A stretch of 64,000 nt of DNA from Octopus vulgaris. Lineage: Eukaryota. The stretch lies in contig OX597815.1 of the NCBI GenBank assembly GCA_951406725.2, positions 12,958,001-13,022,000 of the forward strand, read 5' to 3'. The position numbers were made by a program, and so were the translations under genes. A model generated the notes under the pieces. The model saw only the letters and a list, made by a program, of their open reading frames with translations, had not been told where the DNA came from and did no database searches. This document shows positions 27,850-41,433 of this stretch, piece after piece. How positions within the stretch are numbered: position 1 is the stretch's first letter; each line of letters opens with the position of its first letter.

Positions 27850-28031
27850 ATGATAGATCGTTAGCTCCTACACGCATTTTTCTCTCTCCTTGTTTTATTC
27901 TGTGTATCTTTCTGTCGAAGAGCGTAGGTTCGAAACGTAAAAGACTTTTCTATTCCTGAGCGCTATACTAATACAACTGATTGCTTGTACATCACTTGCC
28001 TTCGTCTTTTGTTAATTTTCGTAAACTTTCC

Positions 28032-28035
<4 letters not shown>
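27850..28035 (+). mobile_element. Short (TA)n-anchored element with hammerhead-like motif
   Basis: 27907-27944 reads tcttt CTGTCGA agagc-gtag-gttc GAAAC GTA aaaga. Stem I is perfect; the core has A6>T. Confidence 0.6.
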
Positions 28036-28083
<48 letters not shown>

Positions 28084-28325
28084 TTCCAATACATTTCTTC
28101 AGCTTTCTCGATAAAGGGTACGACCCGAAATGTTCAATTCTCTTCTGCTTCTTCGCTTGGCTTCTTTACCGTCGTTGTACGATTCTATGTACTTTCCGCA
28201 TCATATTCGTATGTTTTATTTCCAACATCGCGCTTTTGCATATTTGATTATTTGTTAGTTGTGTTTGTTAATTTGCATCATCATCTCGTGTGCGTGTGCA
28301 CTGGCATGTTTGTTGATGTGTGTAC

Positions 28326-28366
<41 letters not shown>

Positions 28367-28367
<1 letters not shown>

Positions 28368-28760
28368 TCTTTTACTCTTTTACTTGTTTCAGTCATTTGA
28401 CTGCGGCCATTTTGGAGCACTGCCCGTAGTCGAGCAAATCGACCCCGGGACTTATTCTTTGTAAGCCCAGTACTTATTCTATCGGTCTCTTTTGCCGAAC
28501 CCGTAAGTGACCGGGACGTAAACACACCAGCATCTGTTGTCAAGCAATGCTAGGGGGACAGACACACAAACACACATATATATATATATATATACATATA
28601 TACGACAGGATTCTTTCAGTTTGCGTCTACCAAATCCACCCACAAGGCATTGGTCGGCCCGGGGCTGTAGCAGAAGACACTTGCCCAAGATGCCACGCAG
28701 TGGGACTGAATCCGGAATCATGTGGTTGGTTAGCAAGCTACATATCACACAGCCACTCCT

Positions 28761-28763
<3 letters not shown>
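28367..28763 (-). mobile_element. tRNA-derived SINE, family B
   Basis: Head GCGCAGGAGTGGCTGTGTG, CTTGGGCAAG body, internal TA/TG tract and (GTAAAAGA)n tail. Matches 61995-62397. Confidence 0.9.
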
Positions 28764-28791
<28 letters not shown>

Positions 28792-30461
28792 CTTTATTGT
28801 GCATGTATATATCTATTTAATTCCTGTGTCTGCAGAGAGAGGTTGTTTTCATACCCTTTGTAGTCCGTTGTGGTCGCCGGTGTTAATGATGTGATTAATC
28901 ATCTGTTTACACTGTTGTTAGCCAATGCCTAAACATAAGATCCGAGCCGGAAGGATATTCTTTATGCTAACGATAATAGAAATTCTTTATTTTTTGAAGC
29001 CATTGTTCTGTTCATCCAGTTGGTGCTGTCTGTGTCTTTGCCAATGTTTTCACTATTATTATTATTGTTTAGCTACCGCTCAGTCCTGATTGAGAAGACA
29101 TGTAACGAAAGTTATTCAAGCCATAAACATAAGCAATGTTTAACATAAAACTGAATCCAAAATTTGCTTTCTTTCGTTTGTGCAATATTTTGTTTCATGC
29201 AGATGTTGACACTATTCATAGCTTGTTGCGTTATAACATATATGCTATAAAATTGTCAGCACAGTTTAAATTGTATTTAATATACTTTTTCTCTGACTGT
29301 GTGTCCTTGTCGCTTTCTACAATGCCATCTATCAAATTTCCTCTATCTATATATCTGTCTGTGTATATGTGTATATTTATGCACACACCCTAATATGTAT
29401 GAGAGTGTCTTTTATGAGTGCTAATCCATATATTTACATGATTCCGTATGTTTTATATGTGTTTGTGTATGGATGAATGTAGTTTTCATTTAGTACAATA
29501 AATTTGTGGCAACAAATTTTAAAATGCATTTAGTAGCTACGGTAGAGATTTATTGCATTTGCTGCATGATGGATTGACTGTTTCGGATTTTTCTTCTTCG
29601 GTATTTCATGTTAAAGAGAGTACATTAGTTAGGTATAGTTCATCTTTCGTGACCATATTTCAAATGACAGTGATATTCCATTTTATCTGTGAGTGGTAAG
29701 GAATAACACATTTTGAGTGCACACGAACGAAAAAGAATGCTAAAATGGCCGACATCCTGTTTATAACTTGAAGTGTATTTACGTCTGTAATACAATCTCT
29801 AATGACTTGATGTAGTAATCTGTGTATTATGTGCTTCCTGGTGCAACAGATGTTACGATGAGACACATCAGTTTTATTGAATGAACTTACTTTTGTACAT
29901 TCGTAATTTGTGTTCAAAGTAAATGGAATCGATATACAGAAAAGGGGCATAAAACAATATTGCATTTGCTCCTCGCATAAGGATCTTTTGAACACATGAA
30001 GGGCTAATAATTGGCTATATGTCGTGTTCAATAAAACGAAGTGCGATGTGATATTTACACCTGCATTTTACATACCTTGAGTTGTTTATTAACCAATGCT
30101 TTTTTAGTAACTATTCAGAGAGAGGTTATTTTACCGATTCGGTTCTTGACACGTGTATCATCAAAAGGTTTCTACATAAAAGTGATATTGTGATTTATAA
30201 ATTGTGGTTTAGTTCCAATCACTCACATTTGGGCCTTATTAATTACAATAGTTGCAATAAATTGTTCTATTGATTTATATTATTTGTGACTGAATCTGAG
30301 ATCAAGAATTCGCAAGTTGTGAAGAATCTGTTCACAAAATCTTGCAAGGTATCTGCAGAGACCAAACAGGTAGCTGAATATTAAGCCAATGCCTGTCGCT
30401 CAAAGAAACATTCTACATATAGTTAACGGTCCTGTATTTAATTTCTAATTATTTTTTTAAT

Positions 30462-30665
30462 GGCCGAATCGTTAGGACGGTGATATTTCGTCTGCTGTTA
30501 GGTTCTGAGTTCAAATTCCGCCGAGGTCAACTTTGCCTTTCATCCTCTCGGATTCGATTAACTAAGTACCAGTTACGCACTGGGGTCGAAGTAATCGACT
30601 GAATCCCTTTGTCCTTGTTTTTCCCCTCTATGTTTAGCCCTACAGTGGGCAATAAAGAAATAAAT
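30462..30665 (+). mobile_element. SINE A
   Basis: Family A core and tail. Confidence 0.85.
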
Positions 30666-32264
30666 ATGTTATATGTTGAGAGAAGAAAACACCCTGTTTG
30701 AAGACTTAAGTGCATGTCTTTCAGGGACAGTAGAGTAAATGACGATGCGAGAATTCATGGTTGACTCCGAAATTCAATCCTATTTATCTGCTTATCCGTT
30801 AGATCCCAAATGTATACTATTCATCAGACAATCACAAACAAGCTCGTTGAGGCTGATGATTTTAGGTAGGTAACAAATTCAGTGTATAATGGTTTTAAAT
30901 ATTCATATTAGGTCAAAGGTGTGTGGGTTCTTGAATACTTAATGATAATAGAACAGCTTCATTCAGGCCAAGCACCTGTAGTAGCAGCATGAACAACATC
31001 ATCACAATCAACCACGTGAACAAAAGGATTCAATAACATGGACAATTAAAATTGAGAACGCTAATCACATTCCAAGGAACATCCTCGTAAATAACGAGCT
31101 CTTGTGTTTACACGGAGATTTTTACTGAAAGAAGTGTTCAGCAGGTTGTAGGCACCAAAGTGTAGCATATTACGAATGACTCTGGCGAGACAAGTGAAGT
31201 CCATTTTTGTGAACAAGATGTCATATTTATTGTCAAGAATACTCTTTTGCAATGCCTAGAAATATCAGTTCGCTAGAGAGCACATTCTTTCGTTAGATAT
31301 GAATTCTATTGGTATACTTTTCAATTTGCTTGGACTGTATGTCGACATCCTAACTTTGCTGTTACTGATGTCTAATGACATTGAAGAGACCTTATACATG
31401 GTTGGTATTCTTCGTTTTCATTACAGTACTGTGCTAGAATAATTACTTTGAAAATTTTACATAGGTTTTTACCTGAATTGTGTTCTTATAACTATTTGTG
31501 TTTCACTGAGTTATATTTGACGCTAGGTTTGCTTCATCTTACATTGCATTCAACGCACTACTTCTTATAACTAACAAATATCTTCTTTAAAGAATAGAGA
31601 TTTTATGAACCATTCATTTCATAAAAGATTACAATAACTAAATGACAAACTTAGAATCTTTATTCATGCTACCATAACCATTATACTGATTTACAAATCT
31701 TAGAGTGTATTACAACCACCTCTCACGGTTTTCATTAAATGAACACCTCACAACAACAAATATATAGCTACGTACCAGTAGGAAAGACAACGCCTATCAT
31801 ATAAAAAATGCAGCATTCTATGGTATAACCATCAGCAATAAGAAATATATATCCTAAACCATTATTTACTTATATCATCCTTCTTTAACGCATATTTAAA
31901 ATTTCTCATCCTCTGGTAGCATTTATGTTCGGCATTTCTACTTTTCTTTTTCTGGGCATTATCAAGATACTGTCATCTCTTTTGAAAACAGTAGTATCTC
32001 TGAGCAAATGTTTATAAAAATTCGCTAGTACTTCTTAACTAAACACAGCAACGGTCTTAATACAACTTAATAAAGATAACTGGAAGTTATATATAGCTTC
32101 TGAATATGAGATTCCAAATAATCGTGCGTGACACATTGACTTGCATGTGAATTCTAGTATAAAAGGTTTTAGAACAATTTTAACTTTACTTTATAGATTT
32201 ATTGATACATGCATATATTTACTCGCATAAATGTGTTGCAATGCTGCTGAGCATGCAAATATAC

Positions 32265-32352
<88 letters not shown>

Positions 32353-32407
32353 GTGTGTGTATGTATATATATATGTGTATGTGTGTGTGTGTGTGCATGT
32401 ATATATA

Positions 32408-32477
<70 letters not shown>

Positions 32478-32794
32478 GTAGTAAAATGAGAGATAGAATA
32501 TCTAGGCAGATACCCAAATTATCTATGTAAAATTGCAAGGTTGGTTCCTACAGATTATGTGTTGTTTGGTATACTTCCTTTCATTCCCATCCGATGTTAC
32601 AGTTTAAATCTGTTGTTGGTGTAGATAAATCTAGATATATGGTTCCAGTACATTGAGAGTCTAGTAGATTGTTTGACATTAATTGATTTATCACCATTAA
32701 CTAGAATACAATTGACAACTCTCAATGCATTTAATTCTAAATGCTTGAAAACTACATTCTCCATAAACACCTCTAAATATATGTAAGCTACACC

Positions 32795-33172
32795 AATGCT
32801 AGAACGGGTCGACACTGCATAGTGCCAAATATCCCAGCAATGCCATCACGCTTCAGGACCAGCTTCTGCAACGGCCTGGGTTTCAAGGACCCACAGCTTT
32901 TTTAATATTCTCCCAAAGAGTCTCAGGAACTTGCACAAAGTAGATGTAGCGGTTTTTAAATCAAAGCTGGACATCTTCCTGTCAAGAGTCCCAGATGAAC
33001 CTACCTCACGGCAAAAGGTGCAAATGAGAGTAGCCGTATTAAACTCCATTCTTCACCAAGTGCCACATATTAGACGAGGTTCGTCGCAATAACAGTGTAG
33101 CACAAAATGGCGGTGCATCAGCATGGCCGCAGCTCTGAGCTGAAACTAAAAAAAAAAAAAAAAAAAAAAAAA
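32795..33172 (+). mobile_element. 3' end of CR1/L2-group LINE with poly(A)
   Basis: RTGRHCIVP...GFKDPQLFNILPKSLRNL..FKSKLDIFLSRVPDEP...NSILHQV with a 1-bp frameshift, then a short UTR and an A run. Confidence 0.82.
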
Positions 33173-33366
33173 TTGGTCACCACTCTTTTTATCTTGGCCC
33201 CCATTATTTCCTCTGCTACTCTCTAACTAAATCATAGTAGGCTTGATGCGGTATGCATTATTTTCTAAACTCACTCTGCCACAGATATGAGAAGAGTAAG
33301 AATATAAAAAATTTGATGAAAATATGTTTAATAAATGGTTATATCTTTTATGTTTGAAGTCAATGC

Positions 33367-33454
33367 GGTTATCTGACGAGAAGGGTTTCTTTCAAATGAT
33401 GTAACGTTTTCATTAATTAATTCAAGAAGCCGCTAGAAACGGCCGCAATGAACT
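33367..33454 (+). ncRNA. Degenerate hammerhead motif
   Basis: ggttat CTGACGA ... GAAAC GGCC GCA atgaac. Palindromic GGCC loop; the triplet is mutated. Confidence 0.45.
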
Positions 33455-33714
33455 GGTACCTGTACCTCTTTGTTATCCATTTATATTCTATTTACCTAAT
33501 TTAGAATCTGCACTCTGGAAATACTATAAAGAATGCAGACCTGAATAACCAAGGCCTATATCTGCACTTAGCTGAGTTGCATTGTCTACATAATTGGTAA
33601 AAGCACCCCTGCACGGAGTCTTAATTAATATTGTTTGGGGGTGCGGATTTTATCGAGCTAGCAAGGTGCCTCAATTTAAATACCTAATTCAATGGAATCT
33701 TAATTACACACACA

Positions 33715-33774
<60 letters not shown>

Positions 33775-33787
<13 letters not shown>

Positions 33788-34100
33788 TTAGAGACAAAAC
33801 CACTACTATGCAACTCAAACAGTGATAGATACATACGAATACATAAATAACAAATAATAAATATCTTTATGAAACATATAACTTATAACTAGATCTCAAA
33901 ATGCATAAAATGAATGATTAATATATAATATAATAAGTAATATTTTCTTATATATTTATCACTTTATACTTTTTGAGATATAGTTATAAGATATATGTTT
34001 TATAAAAATATTTATTATTTGTTTTTTATGTATTGGTTTGTGTCTATCATTCTTTGAGTTGCATAGTATTTTTTAGTCTCTAATTTACATTTTATATATA
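33775..34100. repeat. AT-rich fold-back element between (TA)n tracts
   Basis: aaattagagac...actatgcaactcaaa..tgataga...cttataacta is mirrored by tagttataag...tctatcattctttgagttgcatagt...gtctctaattt. Confidence 0.85.
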
Positions 34101-34371
34101 TATATATGCACTGTGAAATTTGATTTAATACTAAATTGAATTTTTCTCTATATATATTCTTTAAAATGTTTTGACTATGAAGCTGCGGTCATGCTGCAGC
34201 ACTACTGTTGCCTGACCTACACAATTAATTGAAACATCTGATATGTGGTATTTGGTCAATGAGAGAGTCCGATAGCGCTGCCTACATCTGCGCCTCCCAG
34301 TGTAAGGCAGTCCCGTCTGGATCCCCTGACAGGAAGAGATCAGGTTTTGTTTTAAAGAATCTTACAGTCAC

Positions 34372-34487
34372 GATAGAATAAGTACTGGGCTTACAAAAGA
34401 ATAAGTCCCGGGGTCGTGTTGCTCGATTAAAGGCGGTGCTCCAGCATGGCAGCAGTCAAATGACTGAAACAAGTAAAAGAGAGCAAA

Positions 34488-34490
<3 letters not shown>
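34372..34490 (+). mobile_element. SINE B 3' fragment
   Basis: GATAGAATAAGTACTGGGCTTAC...GGCGGTGCTCCAGCATGG...GAAACAAGTAAAAGAG. Confidence 0.85.
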
Positions 34491-34533
<43 letters not shown>

Positions 34534-34726
34534 TATTTAATTTTATACAGGAATAAGGGAATAAACATTCCAACGTCATAGGGAATCAAATAACTTGAAT
34601 TATTCTCGATAAAAAAAATTGTCATTTAGAAATAGGAGTCCTGATGCAGTCCATGAAATCCTAATATACATCACACCATATCATAGAATTTTATTTTGAT
34701 ACTTACTATTTCAGCTCCAAATTTCT

Positions 34727-34789
34727 CTTCTACACATGTTTCATGAGGTGCGTTTAACGTTCCCGAGACCCTCAGTCTTTTTCAGAAAA
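34727..34789 (-). ncRNA. Degenerate hammerhead motif (G8>A)
   Basis: Minus strand reads tttt CTGAAAA agactgagg...cctcat GAAAC ATGT GTA gaag. Confidence 0.45.
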
Positions 34790-35063
34790 CACGTCTTAAC
34801 TGCAACCCCAATCATTCTGGACTCTGCATAACTTATTTATAATTCTTTAATTATTCCTATATTATTATATTTTTATCAGTGACGAATGTAATTAACAAAC
34901 ATGTGGGTGTGCAAATGAATTCGCCATAATTTAATTAATTAAATATTTATAATTAAAATGAAACGTGACTTATGCCTAAGAAAATACGTACGAATTAAGA
35001 ATATGTAGGAATGAAGAAGACTATAATATAACATAATATTGAAAAGAAATGATAATAAAATAA

Positions 35064-35465
35064 GGCGTAGGAGTGGTTGTGCGGCACGTTGCTTACTTAC
35101 GAGCCACATGGTTTCGGGTTCAGTCCCACTGCCTGGCACCTTGGGCAAGTGCCTTCTAATATAGCTTTGTGAGTGGATTAGGTACACGGAAACTGAAAGA
35201 AGCCCGTCGTATATATGTATATATATGTATGTGTATGTATATGTTTGCATGCCTGTGCTTGTCCCTCCAACATCGCTTCACAACCGATGCTGATGTGTTT
35301 ACGTCCCCGTAACTTAGCGGTTCTGTAAAAGGAGCCCGATAGAATAAGTACTAGGCTTACAATGAATAAGTCCTCGGATTCGATTTGCTCGACTAAAGGC
35401 GGTGTTCCAGAATGGCCGCAGTAAAATGACTGAAACAAGTAAAAGAGTAAAAAAAAGAGAGTAAA
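35064..35465 (+). mobile_element. SINE B
   Basis: Full head-to-tail match to other family B copies. Confidence 0.88.
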
Positions 35466-35688
35466 GATTGACAAAGAAATATATGTTCGAATAACTACGA
35501 TAGATTAAAGTGGACGTAAGCATATACGAAAGAATGAAAAAATGCAAAAAGTATAAAAAGATATATAACGAAATCTACGGAGAAAACATTTTAAAATGAT
35601 AAAATATATTAATCTTAATTTAAAAAGTAAAGTTTAGAGCGTAATAATAACGGAAAAGGTAACTTAAAAAAATATCGTAAAAAATATC

Positions 35689-35907
35689 GTAAACAATGTG
35701 TATGTTCAATCAACAGTTGTATCACATGGTCATAATTCAAATTAAATTAAACTGAACGCCGCAAGGCTCTGTGAAATTATCTACACTCCCACATACTTCT
35801 TGTTTCATTTAAATTATACTTTCGCAGAGCCTTGCGGTGTTAAGTTGAATTTAGCTCGAATTATGATCATATTATACACCGGCAGATTGAATATACATAT
35901 TTGTTAC
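35689..35907. repeat. Imperfect inverted repeat
   Basis: tgtatgttcaatc...tcataattc...aacgccgcaaggctctgtgaaa / tttcgcagagccttgcggtgtt...gaattatga...gattgaatataca. Confidence 0.8.
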
Positions 35908-36029
35908 TGAAATACTGAGTATTAAAATAGAATTCTACACGGGCTGAAGAGAAATTTGGTACTGTAATAGTGAGTATTAAAATAGAATTCTATGATATGG
36001 TGTGATATATATATTAGGATTTGATGAAA

Positions 36030-36245
36030 TCTTCAAAGCCACAGTCGAACCAATTCTACTATATGGCTCAGAAATGGACGTTATCAAAGAAGTTGAGAGG
36101 CGGTTGGATGGAACTTACACTCGCCTATATATATGAGATATATATATATATATATATCGGAAGCGTTCATCCAACCAAAATGCAAATATATGGGAAACTA
36201 CCACCTGTAATGTCATCTCTTGTGAAAGGTAGGAGAGTCCAAAAG
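36030..36245 (+). mobile_element. RTE-clade LINE fragment
   Basis: FKATVEPILLYGSE(T)WTLSKKLERRLDGTYTRL...HPTKMQIYGKLPP.SSLVKGRRVQ, interrupted by a TA tract. Confidence 0.72.
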
Positions 36246-36789
36246 TTTAATAAACATATAATTGTAGTTTACTCTTATATTTTATTAAACTTTTAATAAT
36301 TTTGATATATATTTAAAATAATATAAATTAATTAATTTTATGTATTGGCTTACAGTTTTTCATTGTTTGATTTCTAATAGGGATTTATCTCTAATTTAAT
36401 ATAATATGCCATATTTTACTATAAAGTCTGGCTTGAATCCTAAATTCCATTTTCTCGACCTGTACAGTTTGGATTTATTCCTAATATTTTATTATTAATT
36501 TATCTCTATATATATATATATATGCATTTAAACCAATGAATATTTGTATTCAATGCACTGATTAGTAACTTACAAAACCGGTATGCTTGAATCTCTTTAA
36601 CAATTCACAATATTGACATTTATTACTTTTATTCCTACCTCAGTTCATCTAATTGTACATAACTTTCGTTACTTTTCAGAAAAAGCCTTTAGTTTTTTCG
36701 ATTTACAATGTGCATTTTCGTTTATTTTCCTTACTTTCCCTTACATTACCACGTGTAGTTTCTATTTCGTTTTTGTAACATATTTCTGT

Positions 36790-36860
<71 letters not shown>

Positions 36861-37203
36861 GAATTTTGTAATAAGATAAAAATCAATGTATAGATATTAG
36901 AGAATTTAAAGATAGAAGATCTTACAGCTGTTTCTAGGATACAATTAATAAATATCAAAGAAACAGCTGTAGGTACTTCTATCTATAAATTGTCTAATAT
37001 TGACACAGCCTTGGGTTTTTTGTCTTCTTACGCAAAATATTCTTATATACACACGTTGACATAGAACCAACGTTGAACCCTTTATTCACAAAATGACCGA
37101 ATCTGGAACCTAATTATGGTCTGTCTATACCACTTATTCAGCATTACCTGACAGCTTTGGGTCTCAATGATATCATTATATATATATATATATATATATA
37201 TAT

Positions 37204-38081
37204 TATGGGTGTCCTAAAATTCACTTTTGGATTTCAATTATTGATAACCTCCTTAACTATACAAATAATGCATGGCATTTCGAAACAATATAAAGGAGTT
37301 TATGAATTTAATTATTTAACCTTTTTTATATCTTTTCAGATTTTATGTGTTTTTATTTGAATGGGTACATCAACAAACAAAATTGCTGTTTTGCGAGCAC
37401 TGAGAACCCGAGAGCAGTACGCCAACGAGAACTACACCCTCTAAGGTGCACATTATATTGTGGGTTGACAGCAGATGAACTTATCGGTCCTTATTTCTTT
37501 GAGAACGATGACGGAAATACTGTCACAGTGACTGGAAACGGTACAGAACTAAGATTGTGATTTATTTGTGCCCAGCCATCCAAAGTAGATCTCACACATT
37601 GTTCCAGTAATATGGGGCAACTGCTCATACCGTATGTAAAACAATGCAATTTCTACGGCAGTGCTTTGGAGAGAGAATAATCTCCCCTGCGGAAATGTCA
37701 AATGGCCTTCACCTTCCCTAGACTTGACTAGCCTGAATTCTTTTTTTGCGAGGATACCCGAAAGAGAGGGTTTACGTCAACAAACCAGAGACCCTGATGC
37801 AACTCAAGAACATCAAGACAAAAATCAGAGATGTAGGGTCTGAAACTTTTGAGCAGTTATGGTGCGTGTTCTGAAAAATGCAAGGGCATGCGAAACGAAA
37901 AATGGCTGTCATTAAATCGATGTCACTTTTCCTATGTGATGTAGTTGTTTTGAAACATTTGACAGGCGCGTCTTAATGTACCATGTGTCCCTTATATTGT
38001 ATCAAAATTTCATGCATTTATTGGTAAAGTTAAGGAAGTTAGCGAAAATTGAAATGTCTCAGTGACTTTTCGGACACACTG
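37204..38081 (+). mobile_element. Deleted Tc1/mariner-superfamily transposon (DUF4817-type transposase relic)
   Basis: FYLNGYINKQNC...ENP...LHPLRCTLYCGL...IGPYFFEN..GNTVTVTG; GATAHT; WPSPSLDLTSL. TIRs GTGTCCTAAAATTCACT / AGTGACTTTTCGGACACACTG followed by TA. Confidence 0.85.
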
Positions 38082-38108
38082 TATATATGTGTGTGTGGAT
38101 GTTTCTAT

Positions 38109-38147
<39 letters not shown>

Positions 38148-38187
38148 CACATATACACATATACACATTTACACACACACACACCCC

Positions 38188-38246
<59 letters not shown>

Positions 38247-38265
38247 ATGTATGCATGTATGTATG

Positions 38266-38353
<88 letters not shown>

Positions 38354-39775
38354 CAAGTATATATGCATGATATATATGCAAGCACGAATGAGAAATTTTG
38401 AGTCGTGTGGTTCTGATGCTGGCTATGTTCTAGAAACGGGTGATTTATCGAATATCATGACTATCTTCTTGACAAATGATAATAATGTGATGTGGGGCCC
38501 GGTATTCACTAAATACGAGAAAGACAATAGCTTAGCAGAGATCTACAATTCTCACACAAATGCGAAGTTAAAGTTTGGAAGCTTATATTCTTTCCTATCA
38601 GATAAGCTTTCTGCGCTCATGAATATATATTGAAATAGCTCATTCTTTTAATTATTTAGTGGTAAGAAGTACAAAAGCTTATTGCCTCAGCCTTATTCTG
38701 TGCACTAACCTAAATATTGTTCAAATAAAAATATTAGCATTAGAATCGAAGAGATGACTTCGTTTAATTCCGCATTATTTGAATATGCGGTGCAATTACA
38801 ATAAAATACAAGAAACAAGAACAATTCTGTTGAGTATGTATTTTTTTTTTTGCATTCCTTTCTCTCTTGCAACTTGTATTTTACAGCAGTTAAATTGCAT
38901 ATTTTTTCTAGTTTCTTTTCCTCTTTTGTTGTTTTATTTATTCTGTCCTTGTATACTTTGTTTTCGCAACGCTAAAATTTTGCCATTCCTTTGGGGGATT
39001 TTACATTTTCTCTATGATGTTCTTTACGCACGATGCTTTATGCTAAATTTGATATCGAAAAAGAAAAAAAAATTAGCTTAATCCTTATAGAATCATATTT
39101 TCTGGTTTATTCCACCCTTCTATTCCAACTGGCAATGGCAACTATGCCTTTTCGTCATTTTATCATGTTTCAAAAAATTTTTATTTAATCCACATTTGTT
39201 GTTTCATTCTATTCATTATGTGTCTTTTTCGACATGGCCGTCAGTTCTTTCCAAGCTTTGACTTCTTCAGCGCTTTGCATTTCTTCCCAGGCTCTTCACT
39301 TCTAACATTTGAAAATCCATGCATATTTTATTTACAGAAGTAGCAATATCAAGGTTATTTATCAACAAAGCCATCAGCATCACATAGCCGGTTGATTTTC
39401 TATTTCGCATGAAAAAGAATTTCACTCAGTGATCATAGTGTTTATTTTTGACTTGTTTTGTTTTATTGTAACGTATCTTTATTTCGGTGGATTACATTGT
39501 TTCCTTTCAAAACAACGTTTGGTAATATTTGATTTGCATTTTTATATATTAACGACTTCATATCATATCATTTCATATCATGTGCTCCATGCTTTTTTTT
39601 TTTCTATTATTCTGTCCTTTTCTTATGTTAATCCTCTACTGAGAGAATACAGGGTAATATTTTATCACATGTTATTTTAATGTTAACAATATTTAACAGA
39701 GTCCTGCCGAAAATCAGAACATGAATGTCCGGAAATACAGAAAATACTTACCGTGGTAATATTATTTCTGGTAAA

Positions 39776-39978
39776 GGCGACAAACAGGCAGGATCGTTAG
39801 CGTGCCGGACAAAATGTTTAACGGTAATTTGTCCGTTTTTATGTTCTGATTTTAAATTTCACTGAGGTCGACTTTGCCATTCATCATTTCTATATTAATA
39901 AGTACCAGTTGAGTACTGAGTTTGTAATAGGTTTACCCTTCTCCGAAATTTATTGGCCTTATGCCAAAATTTGAAAAC
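39776..39978 (+). mobile_element. Degenerate SINE A
   Basis: GGCGA..GGCAGGATCGTTAGCGTGCCGG...GAGGTCGACTTTGCCATTCATC. Confidence 0.75.
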
Positions 39979-41354
39979 TATATTACATCATGTAAGCTAA
40001 ATAAAGTTTTCTATGTGATTTAAGAAAGATTTCATGAAGTCACATACATCTAACAATTTTTTCCTGACTCCATTATATGTATAACCATCTCTTGACAGCT
40101 TTTAAAATCCGTGAAACATTGCCTAGTCATAAATGGAATTTAACTTTGTAGTGCAACTGAAAAAACAAAAAGATGAAATATGTTTCAAAATACTATAGTC
40201 GTGGTGTACATAGAATACCAGCTGGGATTTGAGTGAATACAAGTTTCAGATGTACCCCCATGTTGAACCTGTACAACAGTAATTGTTCCTCATGTGACTA
40301 TTCATATATTTACATTCCTTTGAAATATTTCTCGATCATGTGGAATGGAATATACATATATAATCACCATTGATTTATTTAATCTGTCATCTTAACTCTT
40401 TAAGAAAGAAAAAATTAATCCGCTGATTGAAACATCCATGGGTACTTATTTGATTCTGTTGCATTTACATGTGCAATATTTTTGTTTTAGAATCACCCAA
40501 TATAGCAATCATATCAGAAATGAACAAAAAATATATTCAACGAGTTTGCTACAATAATTTCCTGATTAGTGGTTGAAGCTTGAGTGAGACTAAAATTAGA
40601 ATAATGCAATTTGTTTCAGCTTCATCAGTTTAAGGAAATTATGACAAAAATATTTAAATAACGAATAAATCAGCTAACAAAAATTAAAAGAAATTATAAT
40701 AACACGGAAAGTTAATATGGCAAATGGAATAATATTGCTTTAAGTGACAAGTGGACATTGAGATATTAGATATCTTTTTTGTAATATCAAAATAAATTGG
40801 ATATTTTTCTGATGACTGAAATTTAGATCGTAAATGACAAAACTGATTCCATGATATATTTTCTGTTTAATATTGTTAGAGATCATATATTAAATATTTC
40901 CTGAAGGAATAAAAAGTAAATGAGATATGAAGAACATTTCTAATTCCAGAGGACGATCCTCACCAAATATCTTATATTGAATCCGAATATTTAATGTCTA
41001 CTAATATATGAAGTAAAATAAAATAAATGTAAATATACTCCGCTATAAAGTAGAAACAGGTTTTGCTGCTTCATATTATGGAAACTATTCCAATGTATAC
41101 TTATCCAGAAAACATAGTTAATAATAATAATTATAATTATAATTATATATGTGTGTACGTGAAGAAAAAGCGTTTCTCCTGTCTATCACAAAAATTTGAC
41201 AATTTTCATGCATTTCCCCGTAACGTACATATGAAATGCAAAAACTATCCTTCACAAATTTTGTTAAATTAAAATACCTTTTCTTTATGACACTTGTCCT
41301 CATAATTTGATAATATATCCTCATGTTGTTGCACGAGACACAAAATAGTTCACA

Positions 41355-41391
41355 CTCAAGGGGATGTACATGACAAGGATCTCATTCCAAT

Positions 41392-41433
<42 letters not shown>

